64,000 nt of DNA. It comes from Tubiluchus corallicola (lineage: Eukaryota; Animalia; Priapulida). A program made the position numbers and the translations under genes. Shown here piece by piece: positions 51,035 to 64,000 of this stretch. Within the stretch, counting starts at the first letter, position 1. Each line of letters begins with the position of its first letter. Below the pieces are notes generated by a model that was not told the origin of the DNA, did no database searches, and saw nothing but the letters and a program-made list of their open reading frames with translations. The stretch covers positions 186,001 through 250,000 of the forward strand of contig JAQGDQ010000160.1 in assembly GCA_030141605.1 (NCBI GenBank), given 5' to 3'.

Positions 51035-51118
51035 CAAAAACAGCGCAGTGCAAACCCATAGAGGCATTTTCTTGAAATTTTCCAAATTTAAGCTAAGCTT
51101 ATTTATTTTTGTGTGACA

Positions 51119-54100
51119 ATGTATGTCATAAAAAGAGGTATGTATTTAATAATTATTTTATTTGAGTGTAAGCTGGAGGTACACGGTTACTCTTAAAAAA
51201 ATTAATTATGACTGACAAGTTGGTTCATTTTTAGACTAGCTAATTCCGTATAAAACTAATAACTTCATTGGCTAGGACCAGTTCACATCTTTTTAACCAT
51301 GATTACGGGATTGTACTTAAAGCCGTGGTACCAAAATTTCAGAAACAGTGAAGATGATATACAAAAAATCTAGACTAAAGTAAAGGAAAGAGAATTGCGA
51401 TCTTGAAAAAGGTTTGGTGTGCGTGTGGGAAGGAGAGTGAGACGGGGATAACATGCATAACCAGGAATAACTATTTCGCCTAATGAACTATAGCTGTTAA
51501 CATGCAAATTTGTAATATTTTTTAGATGGCCGGAGAGAGCGTGTTATGTTTGATAAGATCACATCGCGGATTTCAAAACTATGCTATGGCCTCAATCAAG
51601 AATTCATCGATCCTGTAAGAAGTTCTTAATTAAAGAGTACTTTATGTACTGTATAATTTTTGAAGTATTAGTCTGTTACAACATCATTAACGAAACACGA
51701 AGTGAACAATTGAAAACTGTTTTTATATAGCTGAGTCTTAATTACTTAGAAATAATTAGTTACAAATTTTTTAGACGGAAATTACGCTGAAGGTCATCAA
51801 TGGCCTGTATGTAGGAGTAACAACTGTAGAGCTGGATAACCTAGCTGCAGAGACGGCTGCAACAATGACAGTGAAGCATCCTGATTATGCTATTTTAGCA
51901 GCTCGCATTGCTGTGTCTAATCTTCACAAACAGACCAAGAAGCAATTCAGTGGTAAAAACACCTTCTAGCTCACTAATCTAGTTATATAATGTTCATTTT
52001 TAATACAGTTTAGTTGAAGATTTTGTCTTTTATTTATTGACACGTGCTGTGTTATTCATTCTTTTGAGTACGTATTGAATGTATTTATTAATTTTACTAT
52101 TTCTGTGTGTCTGTTGTGTTTGCTTTAATAATTTTGACAACACTATTTTACTTGAAACTGTAGAAGTTATGACAGATCTGTACAACTGGGTGAATCCAAA
52201 AACTGGAAAACATTCTCCTATGATATCAGACGATGTTTATAAAGTAATTCAGGATAACTATGATGTAAGTATGCTAAAATTTTTATAGCCATCGGTGTCT
52301 GAAAAATGTGTATGATTCAAATAACAATGATAATCAACATTTGCAGTGATCCTTTTAAAAAGCTCAGCTACTACATACAGCTTTGACCTGCTTCGTCCAC
52401 TGCGATTAACCTTGTTCCCCAAGAATTCCTGGAAGTTGAAACATTTAATCACTCTTAGAAGTTTGCTTTTGAAACTCTGGTTGTCTTTGCCAGAAAGTTT
52501 AATCAATTAGATGTTGCTGTTTTGCCAGGGACGCAGGTACAATACAGTAAGTACGTCACAATAGCAAGCGGGCGCTTAGGCGGTTAATAGGCTCAGTCGG
52601 TTAATTGTTTCAAAACACTTCGGTCCCAAAGTGAGTCTATTAAGTGGTGCCTACTGTATATGCTAATTTTGTGCTGCTATTTTACAGTCTTTGCAAGTTG
52701 CCTGTCTGTTTTAATGTCTATAGATTTCTTAATTTAAGAACTAAAATGTGTATTTGCTTATTGGTTAGTTGGTCTTAATTTGATAACTGCCAAAATGTTG
52801 TTTTGAACTTTTAGAAGCTGAACTCCACCATAATATACGACCGTGACTTCAGCTACAATTACTTTGGCTTCAAGACTTTAGAGAGGTCATACTTGCTAAA
52901 GATTGAGGGACGAGGTATAATAAGAATTTTAAAAGTTTTCCATTGAAGTATTTTTGACTTGCTAATGTGCCGCCTTGTAATACATTACACTGCGAGATGG
53001 TATGCGAGAGTGCAAGGCGATGCATCTCAGTACATGCAGCTGTCGAGCAAGCATGTACGTCTCACATAGTGCACAGTAATTATTTTATCATTCAAGAATT
53101 TTTGGATAATATTTCCAAGTCAGACTTAGGTGTTAAAACCTATTTAATACCATGCTGTCTAATTCCTTATATATCAGCAGTTTTTCTCTAGACTTTGTTG
53201 TAATATACTGACTTTGAAAAATAGTGTTACAATATACTACCTTGATAGGCGTGAACATGTTTGTTCACAAATGTATTCAATGCTGATAGATGGCATGTTT
53301 CAGGGAATTACGTCAATTGTGAGCTGAAATGATGGTCAGAAATTAAGCTAAGTTACACAGATATTTCGACAATCATTTAAAACGAGGCAAAATTTATTTT
53401 AATCAATTATCCGTCATAAATTAGTTGACAATAGATAACCAACAAACTGATACACTTGATGAAACTATTAACATCCATTAAAGTAACGTTAAGCTGTTTA
53501 GGTAACGGCGGTCACAAAACTTAAGTACGTCACGCTCACAGATTTCCAAGGACATGCTTGTAAATTGTGGCCAAGCATGATGATGAATCATTTGTCGCTG
53601 CTAAATGTGCCGACTTAAGATCTTCCATGTTGCTAGAAAAGCATTAGTTTAAATCTCAGTATTCAGCTAGCATGGTGGCTTTATATCAGTCAGTATAGCC
53701 TTTATAGATATGTAACTGTGCATGAGGTGATGCATTCTAACAACTCCTGTGCAGCTCCTCATTGACAGTTACCTGTTGTTCTTGAAGTATAGCCTGAGAA
53801 AGGAAAGTGTTTTTTGATAACTAAGCGCAACTAAAATCTGAATTTACAAAAGATGTTTTTCTTAGTTCATTAGTGTGTTACACAGCTATTATTTCTCATT
53901 TAGTTGCTGAGAGACCGCAGCAAATGCTGATGAGAGTAGCTGTTGGTATCCACAAAGATGATATCGATGCAGCAATTGAGGTTTGTGTGTATCAACATCT
54001 GTTTAATTGAAATATTTTTTCCCATGGTTGCTGACCCATTAATTTCCTTAAGAGCTGATGCGCACGGGTAGTGCTTGACAATATTCATATAACAGTATAA

Positions 54101-57100
54101 CATAGTTGGTATTAACCTTCACATTTTGTTTTTTTTCAGACGTACAACTTGTTGTCAGAAAGATGGTTCACTCATGCTTCTCCGACTTTATTTAATGCAG
54201 GAACGCCTCGGCCGCAGTTGTCCAGGTAATTTAATGTAATTTAGGGAAGTCCTGCAGTTTTATTTACGTTTCAATCATCTAATGTCAGTGGGTAATCCAG
54301 CTAGCCTTATCTTAATGTAGTCTGGTGTTCTGTGAATTGTTTTGCAGCTTATTGGATGTGTTTGTGAATGTTTAGTTAAAATAAGTTAATATGTTTTTTC
54401 AGTTGTTTTCTTTTAATGATGAAAGATGACAGTATTGAGGGAATATATGACACACTGAAAGAGTGTGCTCTAATATCAAAATCTGCTGGTGGAATTGGCA
54501 TCAACCTTCATAATATACGAGCCTCTGGAAGTTACATTGCAGGAGTAAGTTTTATATTTTGCACATTCAGCAAAATCTGTTAATATAAAATCCATGCTGT
54601 TTACATTCGTATCTACATTTATTTATAGTCTCAGACTGTTCTGAATACTGACGAGCTTGGTATCTATAAAGCGATTCCGTTTGGTTTGGACGTAGAATGT
54701 AATTAATTCATTGTTAAGTATATGACTAATCCGAATGTTTATCATTTAGACAAATGGGTTATCAAATGGATTGTTACCCATGCTGCGTGTGTTCAACAAT
54801 ACGGCACGTTATGTTGATCAAGGTGGAAACAAGGTATGATATAATCTGGAAATAGTGTCATTTGTATGAATGATATTTGTCGTCTTCATTAACTTAATAA
54901 GTAAGTTAATTTTTCTGGTTATGCACTCAAAATAATCACCATGCAATAGTCATATTCGAAGTATAAGTTATTGTTCAGTACTTGCTGTCATTTTTGCTAT
55001 TTTTGCCAAATGTTTCCATTTTTTTAAAGAGCTCATATAGTGGAACGTGTCAGAGTTGTGCGTCACTACAGTACAAAATTCCATGTATATGTCTAATTGT
55101 ACGTTGTAATTGAAATACATTTGTAATCCTTACAGTAATACAGCAATTAGTTCTTTTGAGTTTTCTAGCTCAATAAGTCCAATGAGGCTAGAGTATTTTA
55201 CTAAGTAAACTAAATATCTCTTTTTTCTAAATGTTTTTAACTGAACCTATCTTATTGTCAGTTTAATTGTGCATTGAATAAAACTGATATATACAACTTT
55301 ATTCTCTAGTTCTGTAGTTCCAACAAATGAACACATATTCAAGAGAATATAATTAATAATAGTTAGTGTTTTGTGAATTGGGAAATCTGACTTAAAATAT
55401 GATATACAAAGAATGGAAAGAAGGAAAAGTGATGTTTTTGTGAGGTCCTCTGCATGATTTCTGCAATGTAAACACGTATGCTAAAAATTTGATACGCTTA
55501 TATGATAATTCATTATTCAAGTTTCATACTGAAAATTTTACTAAAAATTGAAGTAACACATCTTGCAGAAATATAAGTTTTAAAATTGCATTGCAGCGTC
55601 CAGGTGCCTTTGCAGTCTACCTGGAGCCATGGCATGCAGATATCTATGCTTTCTTGGACTGCAAAAAGAATACTGGAAAAGAAGAAAATCGAGCACGGGA
55701 TCTTTTTTATGCACTGTGGATACCAGGTGAAACAAGTTTGCAAAAGAAATTTCAGTTGAAACTGTTAAGAAATGGTTTAGGTTTTCTCCAGTTTCACTTA
55801 GATTCGTGGCAAGCCCTTATGAGTGTCATGCACATGCACTTTTTAGTGTATTCCTTGTAATTAGAGGAGAATTTTTAGAGGCCAAGCAGTACCTGACAAA
55901 CAAAGTTAATTGCTTAATATTAACTTATTAAATTGTGCCCATACTGCATTCACGTTTTATTTGATTGGTTATTTTCGTGTGCTTCAGACTTATTCATGAG
56001 GCGTGTTGAATCAAATGAAGATTGGTCATTGATGTGTCCTGCTGAATGTCCTGGACTTTCGGATTGTTGGGGGAAAGAATTTGAGGAGCTCTATACAGCG
56101 TAAGTGTGCTTAGCAATTACGAATCACATGAGACAGATTTGTTATTGTATGTCCGGTACACAAAATTTATATATAAAATATATGCTTTGTGCCACCTTTG
56201 TTTGGGCATAGCAATGTTCTAGCAATTGTGTGAAACCGTGCCGGGTGCTAGATTTTTGACATTCTGGGGTTATATGGGACTGTGAATGTTTCACTCGCAA
56301 GCAGAATAATTATCTTTAAAATGGCCAAAAACATCCAGTTATGTTTGGTTAGGATTGGGGAAAGGGTTACGTCAAGTACCTTGTACTGTACGCCATTGCT
56401 TTTCATATTTAGAGTTACTATTTCGTAGGTCCATAATTTTACGAACGTCCATTTATGAAGCATAGATCTAATTGGGGAAGTGTGAATAATTATAAATAAA
56501 ACGTAATAAAAGATGAAATTGGTATAAAAATTGGATCTACTGTAATGTGATTTTAGATACGAAGCCGCGGGAAAAGCAAGAGTAACTGTAAAAGCTCAGA
56601 AACTTTGGTATGCAATTATTGAATCTCAGACTGAAACTGGAACACCATATATGCTTTACAAGGACGCTTGCAATCGCAAGTCAAATCAGCAGAACTTGGG
56701 CACCATAAAATGCAGTAATTTGTGCACAGAAGTTGTAGAGTACTCCTCACCTGAAGAGGTAACAATTTAATAAAAATAGTTGCAAGTTTTAGTTTTGAGA
56801 ACTGTTATTTTAACATATTTAAATGCTATTGTTTAAACTTTTATCCAATTATTTAAACTTGTTATTGAAATATTTTGTAATACACTTAAGTTGCATCATT
56901 ACAAGTAAATTTTATTACTGTATACTATGTCATATACTAGTCAGTGCTTTTCATCAGGTCTTTTAACAATTGCTAGTGAAACATTTAGCTTTTGGAAGAG
57001 TGAAGAACTTTTGTCTAGTTCTTATTGCTGTTTGTTTCTAGAGCCCTAGTTTGTGGTCAGTATCTTCCAAGTTCTGTTAGGACCTATTGTAAAGAACTTT

Positions 57101-60100
57101 TTGTTCATGATTATTTTTCTTTTTTTCAGACTGCAGTATGTAATTTGGCTTCATTGGCCCTGAATATGTATGTGAAATCTGACAAAACGTTTGATTTCCA
57201 AAAGTTAAAAGATGTCACTAAAGTTGTCACACGAAATCTCAATAAGATCATAGATGTTAACTACTATCCTGTGGAAGAGGTACTGGTTAATGCTACTGTG
57301 CCCTATTTTTATTGGTCGGGCTGTGATGCTTTGTTCTTGCCTGCACTAGATCTGCCTTTTGCTTTGTGTAAATTCTTTAAATACTACTTAAACTTGCATG
57401 CACAACTTTTTAAGATTGTTCAAGAACATCTGAGCTACACATTAGTAGTAACATGTAGTAGCAGCCTCTAAAGGTTATAAATAAATATGTTTAAACACGT
57501 CTTGGCCAGTTGAACGTTAGATCAGAATGTAACAAGTAAATAATTGTTTAGATCTCATTTTTAATACTTATTTTATTATGCTGTCACTGCATTCAGTGAA
57601 TTCACTCTAAATCTTTTAGGTTTAAAATAATAAGATCTAGCAGTTTACAATGGTATGTTTGTTTAGGCGAGATGTTCAAATATGCGACACCGGCCCATCG
57701 GTATCGGTGTGCAAGGGCTAGCTGACACATTTATTTTGATGCGGCTGCCATTTGAAAGCGAAAAGGCTCAACATTTGAATAAACAAATTTTCGAAACTAT
57801 CTACTATGGTGCTTTAGAAGCCAGTTGTGAGCTTGCGGAGGAACAGGGAACCTATGAAACTTATGAAGATTGTCCAGTCAGTAAAGGGGTATGTATTATA
57901 GTCTGAAGGCTTCTTCCTCTTTGCAAAAATTGACATAACATAAGCAATTTTTGTTACTCATAAATTCTCTTTTGTTTTGTGGTGTTGAATCTTGAGACTC
58001 TGCCAGCAATTTTGAGTAGTACTTTGTGAATTCATGTGTTACCGTGATTTTATCATCTGTTTTTTAAGGCTTTGTTGTTTTATTTGAATTTCCATTAAAT
58101 TTGTGCTATGAAAATTTTGATGAATTTTTTTTTAGGTTTTGCAATATGATATGTGGGACGTTACACCTACTGAATTATGGGACTGGTCAAAACTAAAGGA
58201 GAAAATTGCCAAGTACGTTATTTTTGGTTTTGAAATGTTTAAAATGTCTTTCTCTTGTGTCACTCGTAACAACATTTAATCGTTCATTATCATTTTGTAT
58301 TTACATGTACTAGTTGACATTCTGCCTGTTCTCTGTTTGTCTCTGTTTCAAATTTCTTTAATTTATCCCACTGGAGTTCCAAATCCTGTTACTCTTTAAA
58401 GGGGGAATATCATGAAAATCAAGTTAAACTTATTTTATAGTTGCCTTCCCCGGCAAAAACTTGGCAAAAATTTTAGCAGTACGCTGTCTTATTAATGAGT
58501 AATTAACTTTTTGTATTTCACGGGATGATGACGTAACAGAGTGTACCCGCAGCTTGTTGTGATACTGTGGCACATGACTGGGCTGAAAATAAATCTGTTA
58601 TTAATACATTACAGCATTTGACCTTGGTTCGGATAGGTAGTCAGCTGATAGAAACGATTGTCGTTGCACTCGTTAACATGTTTTCATCAAAAGCTATATA
58701 TTTTATTACCGTCGAAAGTTATAAGTCCATTATAGTATATTCGAATAGAGTGTAAACAATCAATGCGCAAAAGTAGACTGGCCTACAGCATATTGTGAAA
58801 ATTCTTGTGGCATTAATTGAAAACATCGTCAGCAATACAAGCTGCAAAAGTGTTGGTAACAAAAGTTCTTTTCGTGTAAAACTAGTCCGATATAGTAACT
58901 TCATTCTGCTAGAAGAATTCATGAATTTGTAAACACAGAGAAACTCACTGAAGCATAACTATAATGCTAGTGTGACAATTTTTAGTGACAGCTTCATTTT
59001 ATCAGCCTTGACAAAAAATATGTAAACCCCATGGACACAGAGACTATAACATATTAGCTGTAGAATTATTGATTAAACATATATGAGCATTTTTAACTTT
59101 GTGGTGTTTCAGTTAGTTAAATCAGTAAGACTTGATATCAACCAGAACTTTAACCGTTGTTCATTAGCTTTTGTTTTTACATGATAACATCATGTTGTGT
59201 TTATTTTTACACAGCAGTATTATTAAAATATTAGGATTAGATAAAATTCTTGTGGTCAGCTGGACTGAAATAAAAATTAATGGTAATAATAAATTTATTA
59301 TTAATATAATTATTATCAACTTTTACATAATAAAAAACTAACGATATAATGTGGTTCGATGACAAAATAATTATTTATTGCATTACATAATGTAATTGTG
59401 ATATATTTGTTGAAATGGATACAAATCTCGAGACGACTAAACTGCATCGATAAACCAGGCACTTGGGCTTAAAATCAAAACAAAAAAGACACTACAAAAA
59501 ACTGCATCTGACTGAATCTCTCCGAAGTGTAAGCACAATATTTTTAACACTAGAGTTCATCATGTTCTAAACTCACGTTTCAAAGCAAACAGCCGAGAAA
59601 TTATCACACAGGTTGTAGGAGTGAATCCAGGTTTTTGGATTGTACTTTCATTGCTTCAATAATTTTCTGTTGCTCATTGGAAACTAAAAGTTATTATATT
59701 TTGGCTTCGTATTTCGATACTTTCCGTCTAATTGCTGCATCCCGTCTAATTGCTGAATCCTAGTGTAACACATTCCATGACCGTTTTTCAAGAAGAACAA
59801 ACAAGATGAAACCGAGCAAATCATGCAATCAATTCACAATAAGCTAATCTTTACCATGATACTGTCATTAGGTATAAACTGCGTAAAAGTACTGAATGCT
59901 GTTTGTCGATGTAAACAAATACTCAAACTAGTGTTGCGTACAATCGTTCTCCCCTTTGGCATTTTGCTAAGTTTCATCTGTAGTATGGCAATTTCCCCAC
60001 CAGAGGCAGTATATAATCGCGAGTTAATCAAGCTCAACTTAATTTTGGTGATATTCCCCCTTTAATATTCTTTTCCCCATGGCGGTATTGCCTATCATAA

Positions 60101-62418
60101 GTTCCTTTGTGTAATACTTTTGCAGACTACACATTTGCCATGTCACAATTAATAGAAAAGATATGACGTTATAGAGAAAAGTAATGATTAAGCAATCTAC
60201 AAAGTTTTATACAAAAAAATGGGACATATAAAACTGGAGAAAATATTTTTTAAGAATAATAGGAATTGGAACTGAAAAATTAAAGAATATGCAAGAATAT
60301 TTCACAAAATTTTATGATGACTAGCTGTCATATGTGTAGTAGCATATGACATATATGTTAGAACTACTAACATTTCTGAGTAGTTTTTTGGCATTGACAT
60401 TTTTAACAAGTTGAAAAATTTCTTTTTGCGGAGCATACTTACGAAGTTTCATAAAAAAAACTAATTTTCTTATCAGTTGTTTTGAGAATGTGCACTTAAC
60501 TTGAACACATAAATTTTGGGTGCAAAACATTAGGTTACATATTAACCTTTCTGAGCTATGATATGCGGTGCAAGTTTTAATATTGTTTTCTAACTTTTCA
60601 AAGCTTTATAACATTACGAGTGATGCAGTAGAATTGGATGAGTCAGTGGAAATTTTTTTGTTGATTCAAGTTCAATAATTGTTATCAATTGTAGGCATGG
60701 CATCAGGAACAGTCTGTTGATAGCTCCAATGCCTACAGCATCCACAGCACAAATACTTGGCAATAATGAGTCAATAGAGGCTTATACCAGCAACATTTAT
60801 ACAAGAAGGGTTTTATCAGGTGAATTTCAGGTAGGTAATGGGCTAATAAAATCAGTTTTCACAACTGGATAAAATTACATTAAGATATGTTATTCAAGTT
60901 GAGTAATGAATAGCAATTACGTTTTGTTGGTTGCTTTTATGACAACACAGGTAGTGGATCAGTTTTTACACTGCCAAATAAACTGTTTGGTTTCAGCTGT
61001 GATTTTGTATTTCTGCTGTTCTTAATATAGTGGTACAATACTTTTGTGTCAAACGATGTTTTGCAGCTTGATTTTCGTAGTTCAATTTCAGCCATAATTC
61101 GTTTGTTTTGAAATTTGAAAAAATTACATTAAAATTTGCTGTGTTTGGCAGGTGGTAAATCAACATCTACTGCGAGATCTGACAGAGAGAGGTTTGTGGT
61201 CAGACGATATGAAAAATAGAATTCTTGCTCACAATGGTTCTGTTCAGGTATTTATTGTAATACACATATAGCAAAACAAAGTTCTATGCTGCCGCAGTGA
61301 AGACTGAAGCATCGAGAATGACAAGATGCTTTGTGTTTGAGATTCGTTTGTAGCTTAGGCTACAAATGATAGACAGCTTTTATTTACACTGTTAAACAAG
61401 TTTGGCTAGCTTCAGTTTATCAAACACTCTCAATTTCTGATAGTTCGGTATTCTAAGGTACTATCTAATAAACATTAAAGAAGCCATAATGCCAGTGCGG
61501 TTGGCATTTTGTTCTATATTATTCTTCTTGTTAAATTTTATTGCATGTTTATTCTGCAGAAAATTGAGGGCATTCCCGATGACTTTAAGGAGTTGTACAA
61601 AACCGTATGGGAGATATCTCAGAAGACGGTTCTCAATATGGCAGCCGATCGTGGTGCTTTCATAGATCAGAGCCAATCGCTCAATTTACACATTGCCGAA
61701 CCAAATTACGGCAAGCTAACTAGTATGCACTTTTACGCGTGGAAAAAGGTAAGAAGAATTTAGAGTTAAATTGTGATAAGGAGATAATAAAACCCTGAGC
61801 GTCTCTGAATTTGTAGTCTGTGAGTACTGTTTAGCAATATCAAGTCTTTGCAGTTTTGAGGAAGTCTGATGGTGTGTTTGCTTGTGCACTGAAATGTATA
61901 AAAATCATGCTATCTGATCTTGCACAAATGCTGTTTCATTTCTGTTATTCGTCCAGCATGAGTTGTATTGTTTTATATCGACGTAGTTATCTTTTGTGCT
62001 TTAAGGACTAAAAGTGTTACCGCTAGGTTAATCTCTAAAAAACCGTTATTCCAAAACTGTTTTTCAATGCATCTGATTTGATGTCAGCGAGGCATATCAA
62101 GTTCTTCTTTTCTGATGGACAGTTTCTATCCATGAATGAAAAAGTCCAGAAAATAGGTGCACATATGATGACAAAATTTAAATATTTTTTGGCATCTGTT
62201 GGTCTCATATTGTTTTAATATATTTGTAGGGATTGAAAACAGGCATGTATTATTTACGCACTAAACCAGCAGCAAATGCAATTCAGTTCACTGTAAACAA
62301 ACAAGGGCTGAAGCCCAAATTGAAGGTAGAATCAAAGACGACGAATGAGGAAGACAATATGGCCGCCATGATTTGCTCTCTAGAAAACAAAGATGCATGT
62401 ATTAGTTGCAGTGGTTAA
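51119..62418 (+). CDS. RRM1: Ribonucleoside-diphosphate reductase large subunit, ~792 aa, 19 exons
   Basis: Exons 51119-51137, 51526-51614, 51775-51952, 52164-52264, 52815-52914, 53904-53980, 54140-54225, 54403-54544, 54750-54833, 55597-55726, 55988-56099, 56557-56758, 57130-57279, 57667-57888, 58136-58212, 60695-60830, 61152-61247, 61560-61748 and 62230-62418 give 2379 nt in frame. ATP cone MYVIKRDG; PQLSSCF; SNLCTE; AVCNLAS; RPIGIGVQG; APMPTAST; GMYYLRT; C-terminal CISC. Confidence 0.98.
52383..52656. mobile_element. Internally deleted third copy of the Tigger-like family, in RRM1 intron 4
   Basis: Ends GTCTATTAAGTGGTGCCTACTG|TA. The interior (CCAAGAATTCCTGGAAG, TACAGTAAGTACGTCAC) matches ~29050-29250. 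Confidence 0.8.
58400..60061 (-). mobile_element. Kolobok-type non-autonomous DNA transposon with relic THAP domain, 1662 bp, in RRM1 intron 15
   Basis: TTAA|AGGGGGAATATCA...TGATATTCCCCCT|TTAA (~30-bp imperfect TIR, TTAA TSD, purine-purine start). The minus-strand relic at ~59570-59779 reads MECVTLG(C)SN...[11 protein letters not shown]...[18 protein letters not shown]. Confidence 0.85.
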
Positions 62419-64000
62419 CAATTAGTATATGTTTTCATTCCATTTTATACTTGCTCTATGACAATATTCATAAGATAAAAAACAAATCTAAATAAGATGA
62501 AGCATTTTGAACAAAATGTTTTTGGGTTCAGCATAAATAAATGGAAATTGATGTTGTAGGTACTGTTGTGTGAACTGGCTGCTATGAAAGATATCAGTAA
62601 CAATCTGTTCTATGTATTCATTATGTCTGTGACAATATTTTGTAGTGGCTACGCAGGTTTTTTAACCAGTGTTCCCTCAGAAGTCCCTAACTTATTACAT
62701 GTACTTATATTGTGTATATACTCTTATTTGTATGTTTGACCAAGAACTTTTATTGCTTGATTTCAAATTTACTAAAAATGACAGTGTGGATGCTTTAGCT
62801 TTTAAATCTATGATGATTTCAAAAAATTCTTACTGCCCTGTACTGTATTGTGCATCATACCATCTTTTATTTGTAACATTCTGGTTGTGTTGTAGATTCA
62901 TTTATTGCAACATTACAGTGATGTTTTTTCTGTACATCGGTACATTGTTTTACTGCAGCAGTTTAATTTTATGCAATATCATAGTAATTTTTGCTTTTGT
63001 AAATATTTCATGAGTTCCTTCGCTTATATTTTTATTTTCATGTACCTTTTTAAGTAAGATTTGATAGTATCAATTTCACTGCTATTTAGAATAGCATGAA
63101 AGAATGTTTTTATATTGTTGTCATTTCATTTAAGTAGGTTAAATACTGAGTATCAAAATTTAGATGTCATTTTTATATGTGAAAATTTTTGTATATAGTG
63201 TAGCTGATAATTGCAGTTTATTGACAATTTATTTTCATTAACGATGGTGCATATAGGATAACATGTTTCGTAGTTTTCAACATCATTTCTAATAGTGCCA
63301 GTACACAATTTAACATTTAATAGATTGTGTAACAGTTTTCGTTGTGCAATAGTCTGTAAATGTAGAGTAGTTGATTTTAGATGGTAAATACTGCTATACA
63401 CTAAGGCAGCAAGAAGTGTATGCCTTATTAAGTGCCTTAATGAATCTGTAATAAATTAGTTCAGATTTTCTTGCTTATAGTTACATATAAATGAGTGAGA
63501 CAGTTTGTAAAATTCCACATTCTGCTGGAGTAAATGGAAAAAACATTGTTGTTTTGTTTTGTTATGTAATTAATGCTGCAGATGTGTGGTGGGTTTAATC
63601 TGTACCAGCACACAATTAATTTTTATACTTATTTTATTACTGCACGTTGTCTTGCAATATAATAAAAAAGTTATGCTGGACACAATATTTTCTTTTTTCA
63701 CTTAGTTCTTTTCTTGCTAGGAAGGTCATTTGGAGCCAAAGAAAAAGCATATGTTACACGGAAAATACCAGCAGCTGCTAGATTTACATGTTTTGTGTTT
63801 TCTGTTCAGGATATATTTACTTCAGTTATTAAATTACATATTTAAATATATAAAGATGCTTAAAGTATTAATACAAAATGATTAAATAGTACCTAATGAG
63901 TCAGTATCATCCTTGTGGTATGATCTGAGTATGGTATGCAAATAATTAAATTAAATTATGGAATTAATTAAAAACAACTGCAATCGGTAGAAAGTGGTGT

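Noticed and set aside
53575-53670. C/D-box snoRNA candidate starting at ATGATGA in an RRM1 intron
   Set aside because: There is no CTGA D box or terminal stem at a suitable distance; other ATGATGA sites checked also failed.
63700-63830. Possible exon after a pyrimidine-rich acceptor near the window end
   Set aside because: No clear donor, no recognisable protein motif and no context within the window.

Overview
This is AT-rich, intron-rich invertebrate (metazoan) genomic DNA. Five protein-coding genes can be reconstructed by hand from splice sites and reading frame: (1) an unnamed type I membrane protein with signal peptide, two SRCR domains, a CUB domain and a TM helix (minus, 2254-12110, 11 exons); (2) ALG11 (minus, 14280-20386, 5 coding exons); (3) TMEM94, whose 1357-aa CDS has no introns (plus, 30105-34178); (4) TRAP1 (plus, 36044-49141, 17 exons); (5) RRM1 (plus, 51119-62418, 19 exons). 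The ~9 kb between ALG11 and TMEM94 is a nested transposon pile. It holds CR1-type LINE fossils into which three related non-autonomous TGT...ACA TIR elements with 4-5 bp TSDs (Ginger-like) have inserted. One of these carries a solo LTR with heat-shock elements, and a 2325-bp block is tandemly duplicated almost perfectly. Introns also hold pogo/Tigger-type elements and a Kolobok-type element with a relic THAP domain; a hAT MITE lies just past the stop codon of the SRCR-CUB gene. No rRNA, bona fide tRNA or CRISPR was seen. The best novelty candidates are the TIR-element cluster, the intronless TMEM94 and the SRCR-CUB receptor. All family assignments come from recalled motifs, not database searches.
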